A stretch of DNA of 63,922 nt, the filler included, from Octopus bimaculoides (lineage: Eukaryota), in assembly GCF_001194135.2 (NCBI RefSeq). It is 3 parts of 3 records of this genome, joined end to end, with 100 filler letters (N's around TTAATTAATTAA, not from the genome) between each part and the next. Parts side by side here need not be neighbours in the genome. Positions count along the whole stretch, not along the records: positions 17,298 to 33,183 come from NC_068983.1; positions 33,284 to 63,922 come from NC_068987.1; 1 more part is not named here. The stretch is one strand, 5' to 3'. The notes under the pieces are model-generated. The model saw only the letters and a program-made list of their open reading frames with translations. It was not told the origin of the DNA and did not search any database. Positions 25,596 through 38,700 of this stretch are shown here, piece after piece (the first letter of the stretch is position 1; each line of letters opens with the position of its first letter). The position numbers and the translations under genes are program-made.

Positions 25596-26829
25596 TCGCC
25601 TTTAGAAGAAGATGGGTGCATAATATCATTATGTACCCTCCCTCAAAGCTTCATTAAACTTTGTCATAGGGGATGGTCATATTTGAAATACCTTTAATCA
25701 CAGAAATGTTCTATCAGAGCTGAACTGAGACTGAACACTTTATGTTTTCTTTTCTTGTCTCAGTCATTGAATTGCGGCCTTGCATTAAGTTACCGGGATA
25801 TAAAAAGCCATTAAAGGTTGTGAAGCGCTGGTGGGGACAGGCTCAGGCACAAACATTCACACAAACACATACAGACACACATATCAATTCACGTGACATG
25901 GTAATTCCGGTGCCCATGACAGACGACTCCCCGTTTACTACGACCTATGTGTGTGCTTTTATGCATTAAACCCCTATAGAGAGCATCTCTAAAGGCCAAT
26001 GAAGCAGTATCCGGTGATCTTACAAGGCATCACTGTTAAGTTGGATATAAAGATTTCCTTTTGGTATTGATATTCCTTCTGTCGCTAATAAGTAATTTTT
26101 AATAAAGCTGTTGGCTATTTGCGACGCCAATGTCTGAAACGATGTCCACATCTGTTCCATGGACAAAGTTTCGTTTCTTTTAGTACTGTCCTTGAGACTT
26201 GATCTCAGATTATTGAACAGACGAAGTAACGTCTGTAACATATTACGTTGTTATTGAATCTATTCTTGTCTGCCCATTGAAATCCAATTATATTCAATTG
26301 AAGCTGTTGTCTGTAGAACAATATGTGGAACCGAGTGCTTTAGTTGTTTAAGCTTCAAAGACCGTTATTTACCAAATTCTGTCTTTCGGATCGATGATGC
26401 TCAGTAATAACCACATGAACGCTTCTATAAAACATTTTATTCCATCAAATGGCTGTTTTTTCTTTTCTTCTCTGAAGTTTTCAAAGTTAGATGATACCGT
26501 TCATTAACATTTATTGAAAAATTAAAGTATTTTGACTTGTCTTCCGTGAAAATAGCGCCAGAGATGTTCAAACGTTTTGCAAGATGCATGAATATCAGTA
26601 TCCGAAGCTACCTAATCTTATTTTTCAATAAATACGTAAACCTGAAGCAAACAGATAAATTATTATTTCGAATATAAAAAAAATATTACTTTCGTAACTA
26701 AGCACGACAAAAGATCTTTTACAGATTGAGGACACTCGAAAGTCAAAATAAAAATTCTAGTCTGGAAATATTTGAAAATTAGATAAACATTACAAAATGC
26801 TGGATAAGGAATTTACTTGGCTTGTCTTT

Positions 26830-27935
26830 CATATTTTATTTGCTCCAGTTATTAGACTGAGGCCATACTGGGGCACCACCTTGAAGAATCTTAAGTCGAA
26901 TGAATCGATCCCAGTACTTATACCTGTCTCTTTTACCGAACCACTTCGTTACGCGAACGTAAGCATACCAACACCGGTTAAGAGTTAGTAGTAGACAAAC
27001 ACAGACGCACAGAGACAGATATATATTCTTATTCTTTTATACGTTTTAGCCCCAAGGCAATGGCCATGCTGGGGCACCACCAGTGATTATATATATATAT
27101 ATATATATATATNNNNNNNNNNNNNNNNNNNNNNNNATATATATACAAAATGGGACAGGAACGCAAAACATCCAGACAGTTATGTGATACAAGAAAGGGA
27201 CAACAAAACATCCAGATAGAAGATACAAAGAAAACAAGGACGGGTCATTCGGAGTTTTCTTTCCTCAGTCGAGTTCCAGATTATCTTTGCAATTTCGGCT
27301 GGTTATACTCGAGATTGCTCCAATCTGGGCAGCCCCAATTACTTGTTTCAATCATTCCGCCTTGAAGAATTTTAGTCGACCCCAGTAATTATTTTTTCGT
27401 ACGGTCTGGTTCATATTCTATCGGGGTCATTTGCTGAACCACTAAATTAAGGAGACGTAAACATACTAACACCAGTTGTCATGCGGTGGTACGGGACAAA
27501 CACATACACAAAATCTCACACATACATATATATATATATGGATATATTTATGATGTGCTTCTTTCAGTTTCTGTCTAACAAATCCACTCACCAGACTTTA
27601 GTCGGTCCAAGGCAAAAAAACAACTTCCCTAGGTTCCACGCTGTGGGACTGAACCACGAGCCATGTTGCTGTGAAGCATATATATATATATATATATATA
27701 TACACATCATATATATATACACACAGAAGCACACAGACACACACACATACAAAGAGAGACATATATATTTATGTACGACGAGCTTTCAGTTTCTGTCTAC
27801 TAGATCTACTCACAAAGCTTTGGTCCTCTTGAGGCTACAGTAGAAGACACTTGACCAAGGCACCACACAATGGAATTGGAACTGGAACTATGTTGTTGAG
27901 AAGCAAGCTTCATACCACAAAGCCCAATCTGCGGC
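26830..27935 (-). mobile_element. Fragmented copies of SINE family B (26830-26990, 27350-27500, 27560-27680, 27780-27935)
   Basis: Reverse-complement similarity to the copy at 46447-46850. Confidence 0.7.
27137..27340 (+). repeat. Interspersed repeat family E, (TA)n-anchored; also at 60725-60900 and 62271-62458
   Basis: ACAAAATGGGACAGGAACGCAAAACATCCAGACAG...CTCAGTCGAGTTCCAGATTATCTTTGCAA is shared by all three copies. Confidence 0.85.
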
Positions 27936-28343
27936 TAAAATTTTTGTTTGAATTTGGCTCCTTGTGACTAGACAAATGTACTGTCTTCTGAAGAAAACTG
28001 ACGTGATAGAATTCTTGCGTTTCTCATATCCATCATAAGCAAGGTAACATTTCTTGGAAACAATCAAAATTGAGTCGCTGAGTTTGTTTGCTGGAAACTA
28101 GTAGCTTAGTCGGTCGTGGCTTCATATTTCGTCCAAAAATGAATTTTATGTCTAATAGGAAAAAAATGTTTAGATGCTTACTATTGTTCTGATGAGAGCA
28201 ACTTTTATTAAAACTAGCTGTCCCCGTGGCTTAATTAGAAACTTGCACCAAGTATTAATGGTTAATGTGGCATTTTAAATGTTTCAGTTCTATGTTATAT
28301 CTACACACACACACACACACAAATACATAGACACACACACACA

Positions 28344-28378
<35 letters not shown>

Positions 28379-28546
28379 GAAAGTGTAATACATAGCATAT
28401 CTAATTACATATATACAATGCCACTGAAAGAATTGAGTAAATTAAGTAGACGACTGCTTATTTAGAACTCGAGGATAAACAATATTTTTCATAAGAGCTG
28501 TTTCTTCATTCACACACATACGAACACAAGCAAACAAATATGCGAA

Positions 28547-28591
<45 letters not shown>

Positions 28592-28914
28592 NNNNNNNNN
28601 NNNNNNNNNNNNNNNNNNNNNNNNNNNNNNNNNNNNNNNNNNNNNNNNNNNNNNNNNNNNNNNNNNNNNNNNNNNNCTCATATACACAGTTAATTGGCTC
28701 TGTGTGTGTGCGCGTCAATAGAGTCCGTGTGTGTGTATGAGTGTGTGTGTGTGTATGCTCGTGCACCTGCTTGTAGTGTTCGCTTGAATCTGTTTTTCTC
28801 TGTCTGTCTTTCGTCTGTCTATTACACACGCACATTTACCATCCCCTTTCCACAACGTGACAGATTGTTTACACCACAGGAATCTACCGTTAGCACTTAC
28901 AAATAGGCAGATAT

Positions 28915-29560
28915 CAGTTTCAAATTTTGGCACAAGGCCAGCAATTTAGGGGAAGGCCGTGTCGGTTACATGGGCACCAGTGTTCAACTGGTACCTACTT
29001 TAACCATCCTGAAAGGTAAAATCGACTTTGAACTCAGAACGGATTGTGAACTCAGAAAGTCAATACTGATGAAATGCATTTTGTCCGGCTCGCCACTTTA
29101 TAAATATGGCTTCAGCAGGATTTGAACTCAGGATGTAGGAACACAGGTATGTAGGAACTCAGAGTGTCGGAATGTAAAAAAGTATGAACAGATACCACAA
29201 AGCATTTTCCCACTGTCCTAATTATGCTGCCAGCTCATCGACTACAATAGATCGATGTTGATCAGTTCCCGATTTAAACAATATGCATGTTCAAGGTAAA
29301 GATAACTTATAACGGAAAAAAACCTCTAATAGATAGAAGCAAAACAACTGAAATTGCTAATATAATCTTTTCCACTCTGAAATTTTGGGGGATGAGGCCA
29401 GTGGATTAGATCGACCCCAGTATGTAACTAGTAATTTATCGACCCCGAAAGGATGAAATGCAAAGTCGACCGCGGCAGAAATTGAAATCAGAACGTAATG
29501 ACAGACGAAATACCAGTAAGCACTTCGCCCGGCGTGCTAACGTTTCTGCCAACTCACCAT
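28915..29560 (-). mobile_element. Two SINE family A copies (~28915-29095 degenerate; ~29375-29560)
   Basis: Reverse-complement match to the family A consensus. Confidence 0.8.
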
Positions 29561-29715
29561 CTTAAATTGGTAATCTGATAAATATATACAAACGATACAA
29601 GATTAATACCCCCCCCACACACACAAACACACACATAAACACACACGCACGCATGCGCACACGCAAGCACACACACACACACACACATACACACACATAC
29701 ACACACTCATATATA

Positions 29716-29950
29716 CAGGTTTGGCTAAAAGTCACCCGACAGTATACCCGAATTCCATAAATACTATTTGTAATTCTGTATTGACTCGAATGGGGAAAAT
29801 GTGTCGCTCAAGAAACACTCCAGTTTGAACAATTTTCCTGATGTTTCATATTTAGATGCTTTTGTTAAATTCATTCAGTTTTTAAACATAAATAAATCTT
29901 GGAATTAAATGGTTTTGATTTACTGTCAGCTGACTTTTGATCAACCCTTG
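29716..29950. mobile_element. Tc1/mariner-type MITE (~235 bp)
   Basis: TA followed by CAGGTTTGGCTAAAAGTCACCCGACAGTA; the right end reverse-complements to CAAGGGTTGATCAAAAGTCAGCTGACAGTA. Confidence 0.75.
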
Positions 29951-30295
29951 GAAATTTGAAAGCTAGGTTTTTTTACTACAAAAGAAGATACCTTCTGCCT
30001 GCGACATGATATGAACTGGAGAACATTTCGTCTGTAGACCAACATTCTCTCGATTCAGCAAGGGACAGTATTATACGAATATTAGATGCTTAAACTGAAT
30101 GGCTGGCATCCAATGGACAATTCTCCAACTCTTTTTATTTTCTATAGTCGAAGATATATGAAGAAAACAACTGCTGACCCAAATAAACAGAAAACTGTCT
30201 CTAAGAAATCATTAAGCTAGGAAGAAAGCAAGAGTAAAAGCGAGCGGGAAAGAAATGGTGAAAGAGGAAGAGAGTAAGACGAAGAAAGCGCGTGA

Positions 30296-30426
<131 letters not shown>

Positions 30427-31189
30427 GCGGGTAGAGAATAAATGTCAAGTTTTCATATGCAAAAATAATCCGCTAAAGAAACTTATTTTGCTCGGGGATA
30501 TTATTTGAGGTACGACGTATATTATACAGGAGATGTATCATATAATCGCATCACACAGCTTTGGCAAGTGCAATTTCTTCTAGACAAGACTACCTTCCAA
30601 ATATTATTACACAACATATCTAGCAAAAAAAACGAAAAAAAATATGAGAAAATATATATTGAAATAAATATCAAACGTGTCGAGGAAATAAGAAAGATAG
30701 TTGCTACTTTCATGTGATTTTTGCTTAATACTTGCCAGATTATCTGAAGAAGGGAACAAGCTTATAAGTTCTTATGAAAAATACTGACTATGATAGGTGC
30801 TTCGGAAGTGATTACGCCAAAAAATGCAGGCAAATACATAAGAAATAAAAACGCAGGACTTAAGATCCGGCAGAACATCCTGGGCTTGCAGATATACCAC
30901 GTAGAATATTCTCAATACAACTGAAAATGCAAAAACAAAATAAGTTACTGTATACACCCAAGTTGTACTGACATTACTGGTAGTAATAGAAATGGATAAT
31001 AGAATAGGTTCTGTGTTAAAGAAGAAATGTGTGGTAATTAGTAGCAATAAACCTTTAATAATAATGAATTCTTATAATGAGAGAAAAAAAAATTCTATTC
31101 CAGAGGGATCTGTGCTGCTTACTAAATTGATTTCGCTACATAACTAATACTTACTTTATTGATCGCAGGTATTGTTATCATAATAACCC

Positions 31190-31400
31190 TTTCTATTATA
31201 GACACAAGGCCTGCAACTTTATAAGAGTGGGGTTAGTCGATTACATTGACATAAGTGTTCAGCTGGTACTTATTTCATTGACTATGAAATGATTAAAGTC
31301 AAAGTTGCCCTCGATGAAATTTGAACTCAGAAGATGAATTCAGACGAAACGACACTCAGCATTTTATCCATCGTGCTAAAGATTCTGCCAGTTTACCGCC
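31190..31400 (-). mobile_element. SINE family A copy
   Basis: Reverse-complement match (ACAAGGCC...CTGGTACTTA...AATTTGAACTCAGAA...GATTCTGCCAG). Confidence 0.85.
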
Positions 31401-32473
31401 TTTGTTTCTTCCATAATAATCACTTCATCTTTTCTTCGTTGCCGTCATTGGCTTTCCTAGCCACTGAGAATGTGCTCTAAATTGAGAAATGGAATAAATT
31501 TCGCGATTTCGATCTCTAAAACGCTTGATTTTCAAAGCTCATCTGTCAATTCCACAAATGTGTTGAAACGATGTGCGGCCAGCAATGTTGGCCTTGGGCG
31601 AGATTTGAACGCAAAATGTTAAAAAGGAATGAATACCACGTGATATTTTGGCAAATACTTTAACGATTTTACCAGTCCAAATATTAATGGATTGAAATAT
31701 AATAAACAAATTTTAAAAACTGTTTCTTATTAGAACATTTGTCTTTGGTTAGATTAAATTTGTGTAAATCAATGGTTTTCAGCTTCACAAAAGACGTTTA
31801 TAGCTCACTGGTCTTTAATATATTTTGTATTGGATGTTTACAAATATTTACGTCCCTTATTAGAATACCATCATGGCTGCCTGTTTAGAACGTAGTAGTA
31901 ACTTTAAAATTCGACGGCGGGTCGCAAATTTTTGTCAAGCAATGTATTACTGCAAAAATAAAACACATCAATGTCAAAGATTACTTTAAAATACTGAACG
32001 GTCAGAAACAATCTTGAAATCACCCAGGCAAATAAAAGCTAGAAAGAACTGTACAGGAAGTTATTACGTTAAATGTGACGTAAAAGAATGCTAATACTTA
32101 ATACACAATGATACGAAGGAACAAAATTGTATGGAGGTTAATGCTGTACTCTGTCTATCAAATAGATTTCAATAAAAATAATTTAAAAAAAAAATGTAAG
32201 ATATTTGTATTTATTTTTCGCTTCTTAGAATATGAAAGATCGTAAGCTGTCTTCTTTGTCCTTAACTAAAGAATTTAACTGCATTTGCTTTGACATGGAA
32301 TAGGAAATGAGTTGTCACTTTGTTGAAATACACGTAGAAAGACATCATTTCACAAATCTCAACGATGTTAAACCAACAACTTGTATTAAGATTTATAGAA
32401 CTTGCGTCTTGATTATGTAATGCAGAATCTCCGATTTTGTTTGGCACAATAATATCTATATAAATATATATTA

Positions 32474-32519
<46 letters not shown>

Positions 32520-33283
32520 ACACACACACACAAACACACACTCACACACACACACACACACAAACACACAAACACATGGAGTTCAAATTTACAGAAACAA
32601 ATGATGAAGATAGGCGTAGGAACAAGCAGGTGCATATATATATATATATACAAGTAAATATATATATTTATACATATATATATATATATATCTATGTATA
32701 TATAGGAACCAGGGTGTGTGAATAGTAGTGAAATGAAGTTAGTACTAAAATATTTTAATACTGGCTTCGTTTCACTACTATTCAAACACCTTGGTTCCCC
32801 TTTATATAGAAATAACCCATAAATATTTGCCTAGATCACTGTTAGTCCACTCTTTTGCCTATCGACTTCAAGCTCCATGGTGCAAGATGGTATGATTTTA
32901 ATATATTGAGCCTTCTGGCATCATCTCTAGGCCCTGTTTTTTTCCTCTTCTCTTCGTTTATTTTACTTTATGCATTTGTATTCACTCTGATGAAGCTCCA
33001 TGTACTAGATCGAATGTGCTATGAATATGCCTAAAATTATTTTCGGAATGTCTTTGGTACGCACCGACTAACATTGGAAGCAGAAACGGCCGTAAGAAAT
33101 GTTACGTCATGTTTTGTATTAAAACATTTTGTTAGTCAAAAGTTTTCTCCAATTCTGATTATTTAAATTAGATTCTTATATATNNNNNNNNNNNNNNNNN
33201 NNNNNNNNNNNNNNNNNNNNNNNNNNNTTAATTAATTAANNNNNNNNNNNNNNNNNNNNNNNNNNNNNNNNNNNNNNNNNNNN

Positions 33284-33843
33284 GACGAGAGGACTCCATA
33301 CGCTGGACGTGACCTGCCCAGCGGAGATGATGGCGAAGAATGGTGCCTTCGACACTTAGTAGTGAGGGGCAGCGGAGAACCTCGTTGTTGGTAACGTGAA
33401 CCCATTGTATGTTGAAGATGTGTCGTAGTATTGATTGCTAGAAGCATTTAAGGAGCATGAAGTCACGGCGGTACAACGTCTAAATCCAACAAGCATAGAA
33501 TAGAGGTGACAAGACAATAACCCGGAAGACCATGATGTTTGTGCGGATGGTCAGCACGTCGTTAAAGAATGCACGTTGGCTGAGTCTGCCGAAAGTGGAG
33601 TGGGTTGCCCCAATCCGGTTCTCCACGTCCTTTTTACACATGGAGGTCCTCTAAAGGATACTTCCAAGGTATGTGAAGTGTTGAACTTCTTCTAGGGGTT
33701 GGCTGTTGATGCTAATGTTTGTGGGAGTTCTGATCTGGCCTGGTGCAGGTTGGATCAGTATGTTGGTCTTTCATATGTTTATCTGCACCTTGAAGCGTTC
33801 GTAAGACGCGTTATAAAGACTGACCGTCCTTTGTAGGCCATCT
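33284..33843 (-). mobile_element. RTE-clade LINE fragment (post-RT region), decayed
   Basis: Minus-strand VENRIGATHSTFGRLSQRAF and SVEGTILRHHLRWAGHVQRMESSR (RTE LRWAGHV motif). Confidence 0.85.
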
Positions 33844-33844
33844 T

Positions 33845-34079
33845 AAGCAAGGATGCGTCCTGGTATCAACTTGTTTCTCTTTTTACATGGCCGCCATGTT
33901 CAACGAAAGCCCACTAGATTTGCCTTCCACCATCAACATGCGCTAACTTTTGGATGCCGGACTCTTCAATCTCGCACGTCACCATACAAAGACGAGGGCC
34001 TCCGCCATCTGAGTCCGTGAAATGCAGTACACGACGACAATACCACTCCGAGCCGAACTGCAGATGGCCTACAAAGGCC

Positions 34080-34083
<4 letters not shown>
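33845..34083 (+). mobile_element. Inverted RT segment of the same RTE element
   Basis: Plus-strand KQGCVLVSTCFSFYMAAM...AGLFNLARHHTKT...VREMQY, the RT region immediately upstream of the minus-strand segment. Confidence 0.8.
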
Positions 34084-34122
<39 letters not shown>

Positions 34123-34885
34123 CATACACACACAGAGATATATTATATGTATATATATATATATNNNNNNNNNNNNNNNNNNNNNNNNNNNNNNNNNNNN
34201 NNNNNNNNNNNNNNNNNNNNNNNNNNNNNNNNNNNNNNNNNNNNNNNNNNNNNNNNNNNNNNNNNNNNNNNNNNNNNNNNNNNNNNNNNNNNNNNNNNNN
34301 NNNNNNNNNNNNNNNNNNNNNNNNNNNNNNNNNNNNNNNNNNNNNNNNNNNNNNNNNNNNNNNNNNNNNNNNNNNNNNNNNNNNNNNNNNNNNNNNNNNN
34401 NNNNNNNNNNNNNNNNNNNNNNNNNNNNNNNNNNNNNNNNNNNNNNNNNNNNNNNNNNNNNNNNNNNNNNNNNNNNNNNNNNNNNNNNNNNNNNNNNNNN
34501 NNNNNNNNNNNNNNNNNNNNNNNNNNNNNNNNNNNNNNNNNNNNNNNNNNNNNNNNNNNNNNNNNNNNNNNNNNNNNNNNNNNNNNNNNNNNNNNNNNNN
34601 NNNNNNNNNNNNNNNNNNNNNNNNNNNNNNNNNNNNNNNNNNNNNNNNNNNNNNNNNNNNNNNNNNNNNNNNNNNNNNNNNNNNNNNNNNNNNNNNNNNN
34701 NNNNNNNNNNNNNNNNNNNNNNNNNNNNNNNNNNNNNNNNNNNNNNNNNNNNNNNNNNNNNNNNNNNNNNNNNNNNNNNNNNNNNNNNNNNNNNNNNNNN
34801 NNNNNNNNNNNNNNNNNNNNNNNNNNNNNNNNNNNNNNNNNNNNNNNNNNNNNNNNNNNNNNNNNNNNNNNNNNNNNNNNNNNNN

Positions 34886-35700
34886 TCGTTTGTATTTGTT
34901 TTTATTTATTTATTTGTTCATGTGTGTGTATTTTTTTTGTGTTTAATTAAATTTTGCTAACGTATGTAGTATTTAATTCCATTTGTGTATCTATGTATTG
35001 TATTATACTTTGTTCATATTATTATTGGTTTATGGGTAACATGTTGTCACATGCTGTGGTTTGTGGTTTGTTAGTGGTGTGTGTTAGTGTTCCATTCTAG
35101 TTTCCTATTCAGGCTAGGTTTCTCTTCTATTATGTGTGTAGCTTCAGTAATTTGTCTAAGTGCTGCATCACTGCTATGTGTAGATAAGATTTTAATTTCT
35201 ATGTTGTTGATTGAGCCTCTATGTTCTTGCTCAGCGTGCTGGTACAGCACTGATGAGTTCTTCCCTTCCTTAAGTTCCCTCCAATGTGTGTTTGCCCGCT
35301 CCCCTATGCCCCTTGCTGTTTCGCCTACATATGTCATTGTCTTATTTCTGCATCGTCCCTCTGTACATCTTATACTATAGACCACATTTCTGGTTTTGCA
35401 GTTCGTTTGTGGGCTAAATCTACATACGATACAGTTCCTATCAGTGCAGGGGGTTCTACTGAAAGGGTATGTTCTACTGATAAGGGATTTAATAGGGTTG
35501 CCTGGCCATTCAGCAACATTAATTCGTAGCTTAAGTTTGTCTAGGGCCCTTCTAAGGCGGTACGCCAGTTCGCCTCTAGGGGTGGTGTCGACGAACATGA
35601 CGCTCTGGTACTTGTGGCTATCGTACCATGAGCTTGCCTTCCCTATTTTCTTCTTAGTCCTTTCTATGGTGTTCCATGATTTGCTCCTATAGAGTGGGAA
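34886..35700 (-). mobile_element. 5'-truncated Penelope-like element: linker, C-terminal GIY-YIG endonuclease and 3' UTR
   Basis: The reading frame is open from about 35700 to the stop at 35071: PLYRSKSWN...SVMFVDTTPRGEL...CTDRNCIVC...CKTRNVVYSIRC...YVGETAR...HAEQEH...EATHIIEEKPSLNRKLEW. Confidence 0.9.
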
Positions 35701-35734
35701 AATCCCATTCCTATCGTTGCGTTAAAGAAAGGAT

Positions 35735-38700
35735 CTGATAAAGTTCCTCACACAACAACTTCAACTTCAGAGGGAACAAATGGAGGCACAGGTACAGCAG
35801 GACAAACACATGGAAGCTTTGAGAAGGCTGATTCGAGTTCAAATTTCTTAAAAGGATTACAGTTCAAGTTCCCATCTTCCAACTTCTTCAACTGCTATCC
35901 CACAATTTACTGCTTTTGATTCAACATCAGAACTGTGGCCTCATTACTAGTTAAGATTCTGCACTGTTGTTGTGGCCAATACCGTGCATCACCAACGTAA
36001 GCCTCAGGTTTTCTTGGCGAATTAAACCGCTACCATCAATAAACAATCTAGCTACTCAACATATATCGACTAAGGATATTTAACGAGTTGACGATGGAGG
36101 AAAATGTCAGCTATATAAAAAAAAACAATTCTATCCAACAAGTTTCTTTGTCCAAGAACGTTTCAAGTTCTGTAGTGATATGCAATGGCCGTCTGGCAAA
36201 ACTCTCCAGGAGCTGGACGCGCGCATACGTCAAGACGTTGCTACCTGTGACTTTCCTTCGGTCATAGATTCTGACGATGAAGCTCTTAAACAGATATTCA
36301 TATGAAGCTATCTTGAGGAATCTTTTCAAGATCAAGGAACCAGATCTAAGCTTTGCCTGTGCTGTCGAAGTTACGATTGTGACCGGAGACGCAGCGAATG
36401 TTGCTAAGGAAACTGTTTACAGTTCCAAGATCAAACCTACCAACAATGTTAAGCAGAAACAGAACAAGGGTCAACGAAAGCAAAAAAAACATCTGCAGTC
36501 TAATTCCACAGACCCTGAGTTGAAGTGATGCAGATGTGGAAAGGCTCATAAAGTGACAGCCTATCCCTACAAGGAAGTCAAATGCCACTTTTGTGATGAG
36601 AAAGGACATTTGGAAGCTGTTTGTAAGAAGAAGCAACAACAACGGGAGCCTCGTTCCCAACAGCCCGTGAACAGAATCACGGAAACAGCTTGTCAAAACA
36701 ATCGTAGGTGAAGTTCCCGGCAATACTTCCTGGTTAGTTGTGCCAATCACAACCTAGAGCCGACACTTCACAATGTAACTGGACCCTGAAACTACGGAAA
36801 TTTTCGTTTCTTTGCTGTTATGAAAACAACTAGTAAAACCGAAGGTGAGTGATATGCGATTTGTTACGAGTCTACCTGCAAGCATGACCTGCCCGTGCTG
36901 GAATCTTTTATGGGCCAAACCAAATATCCAATGACAGGTAAACAAAGCTCAATTCCTTACATAGTCACCAAGATCCCTGGCCTGAACTTGCTGGGACGAA
37001 ACGCTATGCAGCCACTAGGAACCTGTGTAGACAATGCTCTTGGACTGAGATTCATAGAGTCAAGACAAAATAGAGTGTATAAGAACATTGCATCAAAAGA
37101 CATCAAATGAGCGTTATTCTACCCTGCAACGACACTGCCACATTCTCAGTGACGAGTTCCCAGATCTTTTCAAGGAAGAATTGGGATGAATTAAGGATTA
37201 CTAACTGGAAGTGAAGTTCAAGTATGATGCGAAGCTGTGTTTTCACAAGACACGACCAGTTCCGTTCCCTCTTTGTGATGAACTGTTCGAAGGTTACAAA
37301 GAAGGCATCGCCAAAGGAGTCTGGAAGCAATTTCAGTTCAACGAATAGGGAACACCAGTGGTACCAAATTGCAAGGCACATAGTTGGGCACCCGTAAAGC
37401 CCAAGTTGCGGATCTGTGGTGACTACTGAATTAGCACCAATTATCAACTAGAGAAACACCGCCATCCAATGCCGCTCCCAGAGGAAATTATGTAGAAGCT
37501 GAGAGGTGAATACGGTGACATGAAGGTTGACCCTCCTGATGCCTACGACCAGATCCTGCAGCAACGACTCCCATCTGGAATCAAGTCAGCGCACGGTTAC
37601 TTCCAGATCATGGAGATCCTAACCAGTGATCTGCCTGGAGTTACTGTCTTCCAAGACAATATGCTCGTCAGCGGGCAAGACGCCAATGACCACTTGAGCA
37701 ACCTGAGGTGTTAGCTTCATCGTCTGAGCAACAAAGTACTCAGACGCCGTTGGGAAAAGTGCCTGTTCACACAACCCAGTGTGGAATATCCTGGCCACAC
37801 CTGTTCTTCCGGAGAAATCACGAAGGATCTAAGGTCGAAGCAGTCATAAATAAGTCACCTCCTACGGACGTCTCAAGATTAATGTCTTCTTCAGTTCGGT
37901 TCAGTTCTACAGGAATTTCATCCCAAACCTGGCCACTTCCGCCGAGCCACTTTACCGCTCAACCAAGGAGGCAACTCTTTGGAAGTGCAGAGATGAGGAA
38001 CAAGCAGCGTTTCAACAGTTGAAACAAGTATTATCTTCAAATCAAGTCCTTATACATTTCAACCCCTACAAGCCTCTAGGTCTGGCTTGAGTTTCATCCA
38101 GCATTGGAATTGGAACACTCTTGTTTCATCGCTACCCGGATGGAAGTGAGCGCCAATTGCCAATGTGTCCAAGACACTCATATATGCAGAAAGAAACTAC
38201 AGCCAAATCCACAACAAAACGCTAGCCATTATTTTTGGCTTGCGTAAATTCTACTAGTATCTGTAAGGGCGTCAGTTCATACTGGTGACTGATCATAAAC
38301 AACTGACGGCACTGTTCGACCCGAAGAAAGGTACACTGCTTTCACAGCCAACATATTATTTCGATGGGCCCTGTGGCTGAACCAGTTTGACTACACAATC
38401 AAGTACCGGAAAACAGTGGATTATGGCAATGCAGATGCTCGTCGTCGCTTACCGTCTTGAGATGACGACGACTTCGACAGGGAGAAGGGTGATGAAGAGA
38501 TGGACATCGTGTGCGCTATCAAAGTTCTCAGTCTTCAAGTCGAACCTGCGGACGGCAACATACCCCGTCAAGAGTCTGGGAAAGGTACAGTGATAACTAC
38601 ATTGGTGCGCTATGTCTGCGAAGAGCAGCCACCGAAACACACTGAACTCAACGATGAAGTCGTAACGTTCCGGGAGTTGTTGGATGCATTAAGTATCTGC

